Source of the DNA: Vibrio vulnificus CMCP6
GTDB taxonomy: Bacteria; Pseudomonadota; Gammaproteobacteria; Enterobacterales; Vibrionaceae
Length of the DNA stretch: 32,000 nucleotides
Assembly: GCF_000039765.1 (NCBI RefSeq)
Contig: NC_004459.3
Coordinates: 2,834,064 to 2,866,063 of the forward strand
Direction of reading: 5' to 3'
In this document: positions 1 through 9,006 of the stretch, piece by piece
How the letters are laid out: every line of letters begins with the position of its first letter
How positions within the stretch are numbered: position 1 is the stretch's first letter
Position numbers and translations under genes: made by a program
Notes under the pieces: generated by a model
Databases searched by the model: none
What the model saw: the letters and a program-made list of their open reading frames with translations, nothing else
What the model was told of the DNA's origin: nothing

Positions 1-1
1 A

Positions 2-1699
2 CAAAATAACGTCATCTTGGTCGATGCAGGTGACACCATTCAAGGCAACTTTGTCGAAACGTTTAAAGAAGAGCCGATCGATCCAATGATGCTCGGCTTC
101 AATGAGATGAACTATGACGTTTGGGTATTAGGCAATCATGAGTTTGATTTTGGCTTGAACGTGCTTAATCGCTCTCTCACCCAATTCAAAGGCACCTCTC
201 TGGCAGGTAACATTCAACGCCCTGATGGCAACCCTTTTTTGCCGGGTTACACCATCATTGAGCGTGGTGGGATAAAAATCGGCGTGATCGGAATGGACAC
301 CCCCATGACGCAAGTCTTCGCTGAAGGAACCAATCGCCTTGAAGGGATGACCTTCACCAACCCGACGCTGGAAGTGAAAAAAATCGTCAAGCAGATTGAG
401 GGCAAAGTCGATGCGATTGTACTAGTTGCCCACATGGGCCTCGACAATGAAAATGACATCGCAGACACCGGTGTCACCGACATTGCCAACGGCAACCCTG
501 AGCTCGATGCCATTGTGGCCGGCCACATGCATACGCGCATTGATAAAGCCGTGGTCAATGGCGTCATCATCACCGAGCCCGACAAATATGGCCGTGCGCT
601 GTCACGCATTGACTTGCAGTTTGAAGAACAAAATGGCCAGTTCACCTTGATCAACAAAGACAGCTACACCTACAAGATCAAAGGCGTCGATTCGGATGAC
701 AAGATGGAATCGCTCTACGAACCGTATCACAAGCGTCTGCGTGAAATGGCCAACCGCGAAGTGGCGCAGCTTACTGGCGTGAATTTAGTACCAGAAAACG
801 ACATTCGTGGTATCCCGCAAGTGCATGTTCAAGACTCAGGGATCAGTGCACTTTTCCAAGAAGCGAGTTTTTTCTACGCACCTCAAGCCAACGTCATTGC
901 ACTGCAAATTGACAATGACAACGCCAAGTTGGACGTAGGCCCAATCAAAGCTAAAGACATCGCATACAACTACCAATATGCGGGTGGCGAGATCACGGTT
1001 TATCAAATGACGGGCAAAGAGTTGAAGCAGTACATGGAGTGGTCTGCTGGTTACTTCAATTCTGTGCAAGCGGGGGATGTGACATACAGCTTTAATCCTG
1101 AAAGACGCGCCTCAAAGTACTCAACCAACGACTTCTTCGCGGGCGTCACCTACACCATCGACTTAACTCAGCAAGCAGGCCAACGCATTACTGATCTCAA
1201 GTTTGCCGATGGTAAACCCGTGTTAGACGACAGCGAGATTCGCCTCGGCATGAATAGCTACCGTATGGGCCATTTGACCAAAAAAGGCGGCGTATTAGAG
1301 GGCCAAACCTTCCCTGTTCTGTTTGATACCGAAGCAAAATACGGTGAAGAACAAGGCACCATCCGAAATCTCACCATTCGCTACCTCACCGAGCAGAAAC
1401 AGGGACAATACGTCGGCCAACCGATGCAACGTTGGAAACTCTCTGGTTTGCAGGGGTTTGAGAAAGAAGGGGCGATCGTCAAACAGTTGATCAACGAAGG
1501 CAAAATCGATGTACCTGCCAGTGAAGATGGTCGCTACACCAACATAGCTTCAATAAATGTCAAAGCACTGGTGTTCACCAATCCACAGGCTAAAAACGAA
1601 GCCATTACTTCTCGCCTTGCTAAAATTGAGGAAGCGAATCCTACGGAGAAACAACATCTTAAGCGCGAGTTGATCCTCATCGAAGCACTGAACCCATAA
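2..1699 (+). CDS. Bifunctional metallophosphatase/5'-nucleotidase family protein, 5' end truncated by the window edge
   Basis: Frame is open to the window edge (QNNVILVDAGDTIQGN...). Contains metallophosphatase-type motifs GNHEFDFG and GHMHTR, plus a C-terminal 5'-nucleotidase-like domain (DVTYSFNPERR, NSYRMG). Confidence 0.88.
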   Translation, partial: QNNVILVDAGDTIQGNFVETFKEEPIDPMMLGFNEMNYDVWVLGNHEFDFGLNVLNRSLTQFKGTSLAGNIQRPDGNPFLPGYTIIERGGIKIGVIGMDTPMTQVFAEGTNRLEGMTFTNPTLEVKKIVKQIEGKVDAIVLVAHMGLDNENDIADTGVTDIANGNPELDAIVAGHMHTRIDKAVVNGVIITEPDKYGRALSRIDLQFEEQNGQFTLINKDSYTYKIKGVDSDDKMESLYEPYHKRLREMANREVAQLTGVNLVPENDIRGIPQVHVQDSGISALFQEASFFYAPQANVIALQIDNDNAKLDVGPIKAKDIAYNYQYAGGEITVYQMTGKELKQYMEWSAGYFNSVQAGDVTYSFNPERRASKYSTNDFFAGVTYTIDLTQQAGQRITDLKFADGKPVLDDSEIRLGMNSYRMGHLTKKGGVLEGQTFPVLFDTEAKYGEEQGTIRNLTIRYLTEQKQGQYVGQPMQRWKLSGLQGFEKEGAIVKQLINEGKIDVPASEDGRYTNIASINVKALVFTNPQAKNEAITSRLAKIEEANPTEKQHLKRELILIEALNP

Positions 1700-1707
1700 A
1701 CCACATC

Positions 1708-1737
1708 TGTGCACCTCTTGGTAGGTGCACATTTTTT
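1708..1737 (+). terminator. Intrinsic terminator of the 5'-nucleotidase-family gene
   Basis: TGTGCACCT-cttggt-AGGTGCACA 9-bp stem followed by a T run, just after the stop at 1699. Confidence 0.9.
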
Positions 1738-1808
1738 CTCTCGCAAAATTGTCACAATAAAATTCCCTTCCGCGCGCTTTTGCCTGTCGACATCACAAAA
1801 AAAATAGG

Positions 1809-1832
1809 ATAGGTTTAGATGTATAGACGTCT
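1809..1832 (+). promoter_or_regulatory. Tandem MetJ (met box) operator upstream of metA
   Basis: Contiguous 8-mers ATAGGTTT (5/8), AGATGTAT (6/8) and AGACGTCT (8/8) against consensus AGACGTCT, ending 27 bp before the metA start. Confidence 0.8.
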
Positions 1833-1859
1833 AAAAGAGATTAGCTTAGGGAGAAAGCT

Positions 1860-2801
1860 GTGCCTATTCGTATTCCAGATCAATTACCAGCCGCCGATGT
1901 TTTGCGTACTGAAAACATCTTCGTAATGAGTGAAACCCGTGCAGCAAGCCAAGAAATACGCCCACTAAGAGTGCTGATTCTCAATTTGATGCCGAAAAAA
2001 ATAGAGACAGAAACTCAGTTTTTACGCCTGCTTTCCAACAGCCCACTTCAGGTTAACGTTGAGTTACTGCGCATTGACGATCGCCCGAGCAAAAATACCC
2101 CAACCGAACATCTCGATAATTTTTATCGTCAGTTTGAGATGGTGAAAAACCGTAACTTCGACGGCCTGATCATCACTGGCGCGCCGCTTGGTTTGGTGCA
2201 GTTTGAAGATGTCATTTACTGGGATCACCTCAAAACCATTATGGAATGGGCCAAATCCCATGTGACTTCCACCCTCTATGTTTGTTGGGCAGCACAAGCT
2301 GGGCTCAAACTGCTCTACGACTTGCCGAAGAAAACGCGTAAAGAGAAGCTCTCTGGCGTGTATCACCACCGTATTCACAAACCTTACCATCCGGTTTTGC
2401 GTGGTTTTGATGATTCTTTCTTGGCGCCCCATTCTCGCTACGCCGATTTTTCGCCAGAGTATCTCGCAGAACACACCGATTTGGATATTCTCGCCACGTC
2501 TGACGATGCAGGCGTGTACCTAGCCACCACCAAAGATAAGCGCAACGTCTTTGTTACTGGCCATCCTGAATATGACCCGCACACGCTGCACAATGAATAC
2601 ATTCGCGATTTGGGTGAAGGCATGGAACCGGCGATTCCGGTTAACTACTACCCCAACGACAACCCAGATAATCCGCCAATTGCAAGCTGGCGTAGCCACG
2701 GCCACCTGCTTTTCTCGAACTGGTTGAACTACTGCGTCTACCAACAAACGCCTTACGATCTCGATCATTTCAGCGAAGAAGCGTTTACCAAGGACGAATA
2801 G
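1860..2801 (+). CDS. metA: Homoserine O-acyltransferase (succinyltransferase), MetA
   Basis: 313 aa. [26 protein letters not shown]-terminus; [18 protein letters not shown] catalytic Cys region; GHPEYD and [16 protein letters not shown] motifs. GTG start. Confidence 0.97.
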   Translation: MPIRIPDQLPAADVLRTENIFVMSETRAASQEIRPLRVLILNLMPKKIETETQFLRLLSNSPLQVNVELLRIDDRPSKNTPTEHLDNFYRQFEMVKNRNFDGLIITGAPLGLVQFEDVIYWDHLKTIMEWAKSHVTSTLYVCWAAQAGLKLLYDLPKKTRKEKLSGVYHHRIHKPYHPVLRGFDDSFLAPHSRYADFSPEYLAEHTDLDILATSDDAGVYLATTKDKRNVFVTGHPEYDPHTLHNEYIRDLGEGMEPAIPVNYYPNDNPDNPPIASWRSHGHLLFSNWLNYCVYQQTPYDLDHFSEEAFTKDE

Positions 2802-2828
2802 CGCCACACGAAATCAAACCGTTCTTTT

Positions 2829-2859
2829 ACAACAGGCCGCCTTTCACGTGGCCTGTTGT
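2829..2859 (+). terminator. Stem-loop, probable metA terminator
   Basis: ACAACAGGCC...GGCCTGTTGT 10-bp stem directly after metA; the T tract is weak. Confidence 0.6.
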
Positions 2860-2975
2860 CGTTTATGCCAGACTCTCGTTTATGCAAAGTGACTCGCATT
2901 GTCGATGTCGATTGGTAGGCAATAGACCCCAAGGATTTATCATCTCTTCAGGCCACATTAAAAAGAACGAAAACG

Positions 2976-3710
2976 ATGAAAAAACAAACTCTTCTTTTGC
3001 CGCAATTGGTAGCACTTACCCTTTTGACTGGGTGTGTCACAGTCACTGAAGGCCAAGCACAAAAAGATCCGGACCCAATTGGCATGGCAGAATCTCGCAT
3101 TGCCTTGGGGCTTGGCTATCTAGAAAATGGCGCGATGATCAAAGCCCATGACAACTTACAACAAGCCCTGACTCACGCTCCTGATTATTACCGAGCGCAA
3201 CTTTCCATGGCCCACTACTACGAGCGCGTTGGTGAAAACGGCAAGGCCGAGGATATTTATCAAAAATCGGCTCGTCAGCACCCAAAAAACGGCAACGTAT
3301 TGAACAACTACGGCACGTTTTTATGTAAAAAGGGCGAGTATGACAAAGCGGATCGTTTGTTTAATCGTGCCATCGAGCAGCCTTACTACTACTTGATTCC
3401 TGCCAGTTATGAAAACGCCGCGTTTTGCGCTCTGAAGGCGGGCGACAATGTAAAAGCGCAAACCTATTTTACTCGTGCGATTGACTACGACCCACACCGT
3501 CCCAAATCGGTGCTCAACCTCGCTAAGTTGGAAATCGATACCGGTAACTACACCCAAGCGCGCCTGCGTTTGATGCGCTTCCACCAAAGCTATGGGCTGC
3601 AAATCCCCTCGCTTAAACTGATGATCGATTTAGAAGACAAAGCAGGCAATGTGGCGCTGGTGAAGAAGTATCAGAGTGAGTTGGACAAATTGACGGCCCG
3701 CCAAGGCTAG
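2976..3710 (+). CDS. TPR-containing lipoprotein, type IV pilus biogenesis/stability PilW/PilF-like
   Basis: 244 aa. Lipoprotein signal (LTLLTGC), multiple TPR units, and a PilW-like pattern (LNNYGTFLCKKGEYDKADRLFNRAI, ASYENAAFCALKAGD). Confidence 0.8.
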   Translation: MKKQTLLLPQLVALTLLTGCVTVTEGQAQKDPDPIGMAESRIALGLGYLENGAMIKAHDNLQQALTHAPDYYRAQLSMAHYYERVGENGKAEDIYQKSARQHPKNGNVLNNYGTFLCKKGEYDKADRLFNRAIEQPYYYLIPASYENAAFCALKAGDNVKAQTYFTRAIDYDPHRPKSVLNLAKLEIDTGNYTQARLRLMRFHQSYGLQIPSLKLMIDLEDKAGNVALVKKYQSELDKLTARQG

Positions 3711-3747
3711 CGATTGCTGGTGGATGAATTCAAAAGACGCGACTAAC

Positions 3748-3780
3748 AAAAAACCTCTGCCCAAAAAGCAGAGGTTTTTT
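3748..3780. terminator. Bidirectional intrinsic terminator between convergent genes
   Basis: AAAAAACCTCTGC-ccaaaaa-GCAGAGGTTTTTT perfect inverted repeat with A/T flanks. Confidence 0.92.
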
Positions 3781-3802
3781 ATGGTTTTACCGCCCACATG
3801 AC

Positions 3803-4018
3803 TCAACGTCTTGAGGTTGAGTTGCGGATTTTGTAGCGATCTTTTCGGTGCGTATTGCGTAACTTACGCACCTTCGTTTTTCTCTTAATCGTCAGATATT
3901 CACGGTAAATAATCCGAATAAACGCAATTAAGCCAATGATGAGCAGAATGGTAAAAACGCTCAGGAAGCTTTCACACAGCCAATCTGGCTGACAGGGTAG
4001 ATAAATTTCAAAATCCAT
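3803..4018 (-). CDS. Small hypothetical membrane protein (71 aa, one predicted TM helix, basic C-terminus)
   Basis: ORF with hydrophobic stretch LSVFTILLIIGLIAFIRIIY and basic tail; upstream aggaggg-like Shine-Dalgarno on the minus strand; bounded by a terminator at 3748-3780. Confidence 0.55.
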   Translation of the reverse strand: MDFEIYLPCQPDWLCESFLSVFTILLIIGLIAFIRIIYREYLTIKRKTKVRKLRNTHRKDRYKIRNSTSRR

Positions 4019-4074
4019 CGCATGCCCTCCTATTACGCAACCTATTCGTTTTTAACTCGGGATGATTGTCTCCA

Positions 4075-5169
4075 TCACCCTCGCAGTTTGATCCACTCTC
4101 CTCTTTGTTGTTTGTCCATAAATGACCAAGCAACAAAGCGACTGACCTTTTGTCCTTGGCTCATTTCGACGACACGAATACTGCGTACACCTAATTTTTC
4201 CAACTGTTTACGTAGAGGTCTTACGTTGTCTTTCTTCGAAACGAGCGTACTGAACCACAAAACCTGATGGGCAAAACGCTCACTTTCGTTCGCCATGCGC
4301 TTCAAGAAGGAGGATTCTCCACCTTGACACCACAACTCAGAATTTTGACCTCCGAAGTTAAGTATAGGTTTGTTTTTCGAGATTTTTTGTGAACCAGCTT
4401 TTGCTGTTACACCTTTTTTCAAACGGTTGGCGGCGAGGTTGTCTAATTTTCGTTGCGTGCCAAACGCCGCTTCCTGTGCCGAAGCGTGAAATGGCGGGTT
4501 GCATGTCGTCACATGAAAGTAGTCTGTGGGGCCAATAATGCCTTGGAAAATATGCTGTGACTGGTCTTGCAATTTGAGCTCAAGCTGCCCCTGCAGCACA
4601 GGGTTAGAGTCAGCAATGCGCTGCGCTGACTCAATCGATTTAGGGTCAACGTCACTACCCGTGTAGCGCCAACGATAGTCACAAATCGCAATAATGGGAT
4701 AGATGGCGTTTGCACCGACACCGATGTCCAACGCCTGAACTTTCTCATGAGGAAATTTACCTTTCACCTCTCCTTCCAAGAGCTCCGCTAGACGATGGAT
4801 ATAATCCGCACGCCCGGGGATTGGCGGGCACAAATAGCCTGCTGGGATGTCCCAATTTGCTACTTGGTAGTAAGCACTGAGCAGCGCTTTATTGAGCATT
4901 TTTACTGCCGTTGAATCTGAAAAAGAAATACTCGCCTCACCTTTAGGATTTTTGATCACAAAAGGAGCAAGCGATGGCAGCGCCTGCGTTAACTTAGCAA
5001 AATCGTAACGCCCTTGATGTTTGTTGCGCGAATGCAGCCCAGCACGCGTCACTTTGACAAAATCACAATTCGATTCAGACGCACTGAGATCACGACTCTT
5101 TTTCGTGCGCGGTTTTGGGGCTCGTTTCGCAGGCTCTAATGGCTTGGCGGATTTTCGTTTGTTCGTCAT
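4075..5169 (-). CDS. rlmF: 23S rRNA (adenine(1618)-N(6))-methyltransferase RlmF
   Basis: MTNKRKSAKPLEPAKRAPKPRTKKS start; DIGVGANAIYPIIA SAM-binding region; VTTCNPPFHAS (NPPF) catalytic motif. The ORF-track start at 5265 is judged too long, because it overlaps the upstream gene. Confidence 0.92.
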   Translation of the reverse strand: MTNKRKSAKPLEPAKRAPKPRTKKSRDLSASESNCDFVKVTRAGLHSRNKHQGRYDFAKLTQALPSLAPFVIKNPKGEASISFSDSTAVKMLNKALLSAYYQVANWDIPAGYLCPPIPGRADYIHRLAELLEGEVKGKFPHEKVQALDIGVGANAIYPIIAICDYRWRYTGSDVDPKSIESAQRIADSNPVLQGQLELKLQDQSQHIFQGIIGPTDYFHVTTCNPPFHASAQEAAFGTQRKLDNLAANRLKKGVTAKAGSQKISKNKPILNFGGQNSELWCQGGESSFLKRMANESERFAHQVLWFSTLVSKKDNVRPLRKQLEKLGVRSIRVVEMSQGQKVSRFVAWSFMDKQQRGEWIKLRG

Positions 5170-5702
5170 TATTTTTTTGCTTCCTGAGCTTTTAAATCGA
5201 GGTAAATCATAAACAGACGAGCATCCAGCTCCAGTTGGTGATAATCCGGCTCCATGTAGCAGCAAAGAGAGTAAAAGGCTTTATCATGCTCTTTCTCTTT
5301 AATGTGCGCCAACTCGTGCACAACCAACATGCGCAGCAAAGGCTCCGGCGCGTCTTTAAACACATTGGCAATGCGAATCTCATTTTTCGATTTGAGTTTA
5401 CCGCCGTGGTTGCGAGAGACGACACTGTGCAAGCCGAGCGCGTTGTTAATCAGATGAATTTTCCCGTCGTACACCACTTTACTGATGGGGCCCGTTTTCT
5501 TCATAAACTGGTTCTTAATCTGCATCGCGTAGTCAAACAACGCTTTTTCACTGCGAATGTCGTGACGCACAGGGTAGCGTTTATCAAACCAAGGAATTAA
5601 ACGTTGCGACTCAATCAATTGGGCCACTTGCTGCACGATATGCTGCGGGTAACCCTGAATGTAGCGAAGTGACGGATGCATCATGGAATCGGACCTGATC
5701 AT
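5169..5702 (-). CDS. YgjP-like (M48/DUF45) metal-dependent hydrolase
   Basis: VVHELAHIKEKEHDKAFY (HExxH...H) and LELDARLF. The stop overlaps the rlmF start (TAATG). Start may be 5684. Confidence 0.82.
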   Translation of the reverse strand: MIRSDSMMHPSLRYIQGYPQHIVQQVAQLIESQRLIPWFDKRYPVRHDIRSEKALFDYAMQIKNQFMKKTGPISKVVYDGKIHLINNALGLHSVVSRNHGGKLKSKNEIRIANVFKDAPEPLLRMLVVHELAHIKEKEHDKAFYSLCCYMEPDYHQLELDARLFMIYLDLKAQEAKK

Positions 5703-5815
5703 TTTTCAAAGCGCGCTAGTTTACCTGACTCCGCCCCTTGAATCATCGCTTTTTCTTTTCGTCCGCAGCGAAATTGGCTACACTTGCGCCCCTTTTCATT
5801 ACATGGCAAGACAAG

Positions 5816-6046
5816 ATGAAACGTGTCGTCCTCTATATCAAAGACAAATGTCCACATTGCAAAGATGCGCAGCGCTATCTGGATAGCAAAGGCATTCAAT
5901 ACCGCTTGTGTAATGCCAAGATGCATCGCGGTCGTAAAGAGCTGGACGCGATTGGTGCGCGCTCTGTGCCTGTACTTAAAATCGGTGACCGTTTGATGAT
6001 TGGTTGGAACCCAAAGAACTTTGAACGCATGTATGGCGATAAGTGA
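5816..6046 (+). CDS. Glutaredoxin-family protein
   Basis: MKRVVLYIKDKCPHCKDAQRYL with CPHC redox motif and ARSVPVLKIGDRLMIGW. The upstream part of the ORF track (5738-5815) is probably not translated. Confidence 0.82.
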   Translation: MKRVVLYIKDKCPHCKDAQRYLDSKGIQYRLCNAKMHRGRKELDAIGARSVPVLKIGDRLMIGWNPKNFERMYGDK

Positions 6047-6052
6047 TTACAG

Positions 6053-6922
6053 CTAAACATACTGCTTTATAAATTCGATAAAGGTGCGATCCGCCACCGA
6101 CAGATAGCCGCCACGTCGCCAAGCCAATGCTAGGTTCAGAGTGACGGGCGGAGAAAATGGCACGCCGACCACGCCACTCTCATTCTCGGTCACCAATTGA
6201 AGCAGCGCAGTAATGGCAAACTCTCGCTTTACGATCTTCAAAATCAATGGCAATAGATTGGTTTCAAAAGAATACTGCATTTCAATGCCATGCTGCTGGC
6301 TAAAGTGATCGAGAAAATCGCGGTGGAAATAACCCGATTTGAACATCACCAGTTCATGTTGAAAAAACTCTTCAAAAGTGAGGGATGCTCGTTGCGATAA
6401 CGAATGCTCACTGCCAACTACCGCCATCATCTGGCTAGAGAACAGGTGGTCTATTTCTAAATCGTCCGGTACGTCGTTTTCCGTGATCACGCCAATGTCC
6501 AAATCCCCTTCAAGCAGCATCTTACGAATCGACTGCGTCCCCGCTTCAATCAGTGTCAATTTTAGATTGGGATAGTGACTTTTAAACGCCATTAAAATTT
6601 CTGGAAAGAAGTAGCTGCCCATCATGCTTGGCGCACCAAGGCGCACCTCACCTTTCTCAAGCCCTTTCAGTTCATTCATCGCCAACTCGGCATCATGCAG
6701 TTGCTGCACAACACGTTTGGCATGCTCATACAAGGTTTGCCCTTCCGTTGTCAGTGCGATCTGTTTGTCATCACGCTTAAATAGCGTCACACCGAGGCTT
6801 TGTTCGAGCTTTTTGATTGAGACACTCAAGGCAGGCTGCGCGATATGCAAAGACTGAGCTGCACGAGTGAAATTTTTCTCTTCGGCCACCGCCAAAAATT
6901 GTTTGAGTTGTTTCGATTCCAT
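6053..6922 (-). CDS. LysR-family transcriptional regulator
   Basis: 289 aa. N-terminal wHTH (LKQFLAVAEEKNFTRAAQSLHIAQPALSVSIKKLEQSLGVTLFKR), typical LysR effector domain. Confidence 0.95.
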   Translation of the reverse strand: MESKQLKQFLAVAEEKNFTRAAQSLHIAQPALSVSIKKLEQSLGVTLFKRDDKQIALTTEGQTLYEHAKRVVQQLHDAELAMNELKGLEKGEVRLGAPSMMGSYFFPEILMAFKSHYPNLKLTLIEAGTQSIRKMLLEGDLDIGVITENDVPDDLEIDHLFSSQMMAVVGSEHSLSQRASLTFEEFFQHELVMFKSGYFHRDFLDHFSQQHGIEMQYSFETNLLPLILKIVKREFAITALLQLVTENESGVVGVPFSPPVTLNLALAWRRGGYLSVADRTFIEFIKQYV

Positions 6923-6929
6923 CTAGATC

Positions 6930-6954
6930 AAAAATATATCGTCATCATATTTTT
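6930..6954. promoter_or_regulatory. Palindromic candidate operator in the divergent LysR/MFS intergenic region
   Basis: AAAAATAT-atcgtcatc-ATATTTTT perfect 8-bp arms, 8 bp upstream of the LysR start. Confidence 0.4.
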
Positions 6955-7016
6955 AATATATTTTGTTTATCACGACGTGACTGATACTGTGCTCACAAAT
7001 CAGTAGGAGAATTAAG

Positions 7017-8225
7017 ATGTACGAACTCGGCAGCTCTCAGTATCGCCATATCACCATTGCCTTAGCACTCGGTTCGTTTTTAGTTTTCTGTAATCTTTAC
7101 CTCTTTCAACCTATGCTGCCTAAATTGGCGTTGGAATACACGGTATCGGAAACACAGGTAAACTGGGTATTTGCCGCCACCACACTGGGTTTATCCCTTA
7201 GCCTTGTCCCCATGGCGGTGTTGTCTGAAAAAATTGGCCGACGCACGGTCATGTTGGCGGGTTTATTCGCCATTCCACTGTGCAGTGCCGCTCTGCTGCT
7301 TAACGACTCTTTCTTGTTTATCGTCATTTGCCGAGCGCTCCTTGGGGTGGCGTTGGCGGCCTTTGCCGCCGTTGCGGTGGCGTACATGGCGGAAGAATTG
7401 CACCCCAAAGCGTTTAGCCACGCCATCGGCGGTTACATTGCGGCCAATTCACTCGGCGGCATTAGCGGACGAATCAGTGGCGGTTTGATGTCCGATTGGT
7501 TTGGTACCACGGTCGCAATTGAGGTGATGCTGGTCTTCACGCTACTGGGCGTGATTGCGGTGAGTTTTTTGCTGCCCAAGCAGAAACATTTCTCCCCCAG
7601 CACTCACAGCTTATGGCAACACAATCAGACCATCGTCCAGCACCTGCGCCACACCCGAGTTTGGTTGGCAATGGTGATCGGCGGGCTCAATTTTGCCCTT
7701 TTCGTTAACCTCTATTCAGTGATGGGATTTCGCCTGGTGGCGGAGCCGCATGGCCTACCCGTTGGCCTCGCTTCATTGATTTTTTTGTGTTACCTCGGCG
7801 GTACCATCAGCTCCAAATACACCGGCAAATGGAATCAACATTTTCATCCGGTCAGCGGCATGTTGCTGGGCGCGGCGATCAGTTTGTTTGGTATGCTAAT
7901 CACTTCGATTGAACATTTAGCCGCCATGTTTATCGGTTTAGTACTGATTTCCTTCGGCGCTTTTTTCACGCACACTTTGGCGTATGGATGGGTCGGGCAA
8001 AAAGCCACTCATGCAAAAGCAACGGCAACCGCGATGTATCTGGTGCACTACTATGTAGGCGGTAGCCTTGGCGGATTCTTCTTGCTCTATTGCTGGCAAC
8101 ATTGGCAATGGAATGGTGTGATCATCGCAGCGCTGACTATGTATGTGTTGCTGTTTGCCGTGATACTGCAACTGAAAAAACCCAAATACGCGTGCATGGA
8201 AGAGGCCTTGGTCAAGCATACTTGA
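7017..8225 (+). CDS. MFS transporter (YnfM-like drug/arabinose-efflux-type family)
   Basis: 402 aa, about 12 hydrophobic segments, MFS motif-A-like LSEKIGRRTVMLAG; Shine-Dalgarno aggaga upstream; divergent from the LysR gene. Confidence 0.88.
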   Translation: MYELGSSQYRHITIALALGSFLVFCNLYLFQPMLPKLALEYTVSETQVNWVFAATTLGLSLSLVPMAVLSEKIGRRTVMLAGLFAIPLCSAALLLNDSFLFIVICRALLGVALAAFAAVAVAYMAEELHPKAFSHAIGGYIAANSLGGISGRISGGLMSDWFGTTVAIEVMLVFTLLGVIAVSFLLPKQKHFSPSTHSLWQHNQTIVQHLRHTRVWLAMVIGGLNFALFVNLYSVMGFRLVAEPHGLPVGLASLIFLCYLGGTISSKYTGKWNQHFHPVSGMLLGAAISLFGMLITSIEHLAAMFIGLVLISFGAFFTHTLAYGWVGQKATHAKATATAMYLVHYYVGGSLGGFFLLYCWQHWQWNGVIIAALTMYVLLFAVILQLKKPKYACMEEALVKHT

Positions 8226-8297
8226 GTCGTCAAAGGGGATAGGATTGAACCCCACGAGTGGTTATACTGCCCCCTCAACACGCAATAGAATACGATC

Positions 8298-8858
8298 ATG
8301 ACTCAAAGCTCAACACAACAAACCATTCATCAAGAAGTGAACCAATGGCTCAACGATGTGGTGATTGGTTTAAATCTCTGCCCATTTGCCGCCAAACCGC
8401 AGCGCAATCAGCAAATCAAAATCCACGTCAGTGATGCCGATAACGAAGAGTTGTTGCTGCAAGATATTCTCAGCTTGCTGATGGAGCTCGATCAAACGGA
8501 GCCCAGTAAGTTAGAAACCACGCTGGTTGTTATCCCTAACATGCTCAGTGATTTTTGGGATTACAATCTTTTCATCGATTGGGTAGAAGCCTTGATCAGA
8601 CAACAAGATTGGGAAGGCGTTTTCCAAGTGGCCACCTTCCATCCGGACTACTGTTTTGGTGGCGCCGAGCCAGAAGACGATGAAAACCTCACCAATCGAT
8701 CGCCTTATCCGATTTTTCATCTCATTCGGGAAGAAAGCATGGAAAAGGTGCTGCGCCATTACCCTGATCCTGAATCGATCCCTGACACCAACATTGCTCG
8801 TGTTTCAGCGCTCAATGAAGAAGAACGTAAAAAGCTATTCCCTTATCTTTTTCGCTAA
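8298..8858 (+). CDS. DUF1415 family protein
   Basis: VIGLNLCPFAAKPQ, FQVATFHPDYCFGGAEPEDDENLTNRSPYPIFHLIREESMEKVL, a distinctive DUF1415 pattern. Confidence 0.88.
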   Translation: MTQSSTQQTIHQEVNQWLNDVVIGLNLCPFAAKPQRNQQIKIHVSDADNEELLLQDILSLLMELDQTEPSKLETTLVVIPNMLSDFWDYNLFIDWVEALIRQQDWEGVFQVATFHPDYCFGGAEPEDDENLTNRSPYPIFHLIREESMEKVLRHYPDPESIPDTNIARVSALNEEERKKLFPYLFR

Positions 8859-9006
8859 ACAGCAAGGGCAAAGAACATCAACCAAATCTGAGGCAGCGGC
8901 CATGCACACTGAACCACAAGTGACGCTGCTTCAATTGGCAAGGGGATAGAGCTTACCTCTAGGCTCTGGTATCATTCGCCCTTACGTAAAACTATTGGAA
9001 AAACAC

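Noticed and set aside
247-657. 136-aa minus-strand ORF antisense to the 5'-nucleotidase gene
   Set aside because: Met/Ser-rich shadow translation of a clearly coding opposite frame.
8226-8297. GGGGATAGGATTGAACCCC, which on the minus strand looks like a tRNA T-arm (GGGTTCAATCC)
   Set aside because: Flanking bases do not form the acceptor or T-stem, no CCA, no anticodon arm; probably chance, so no tRNA or att remnant is claimed.
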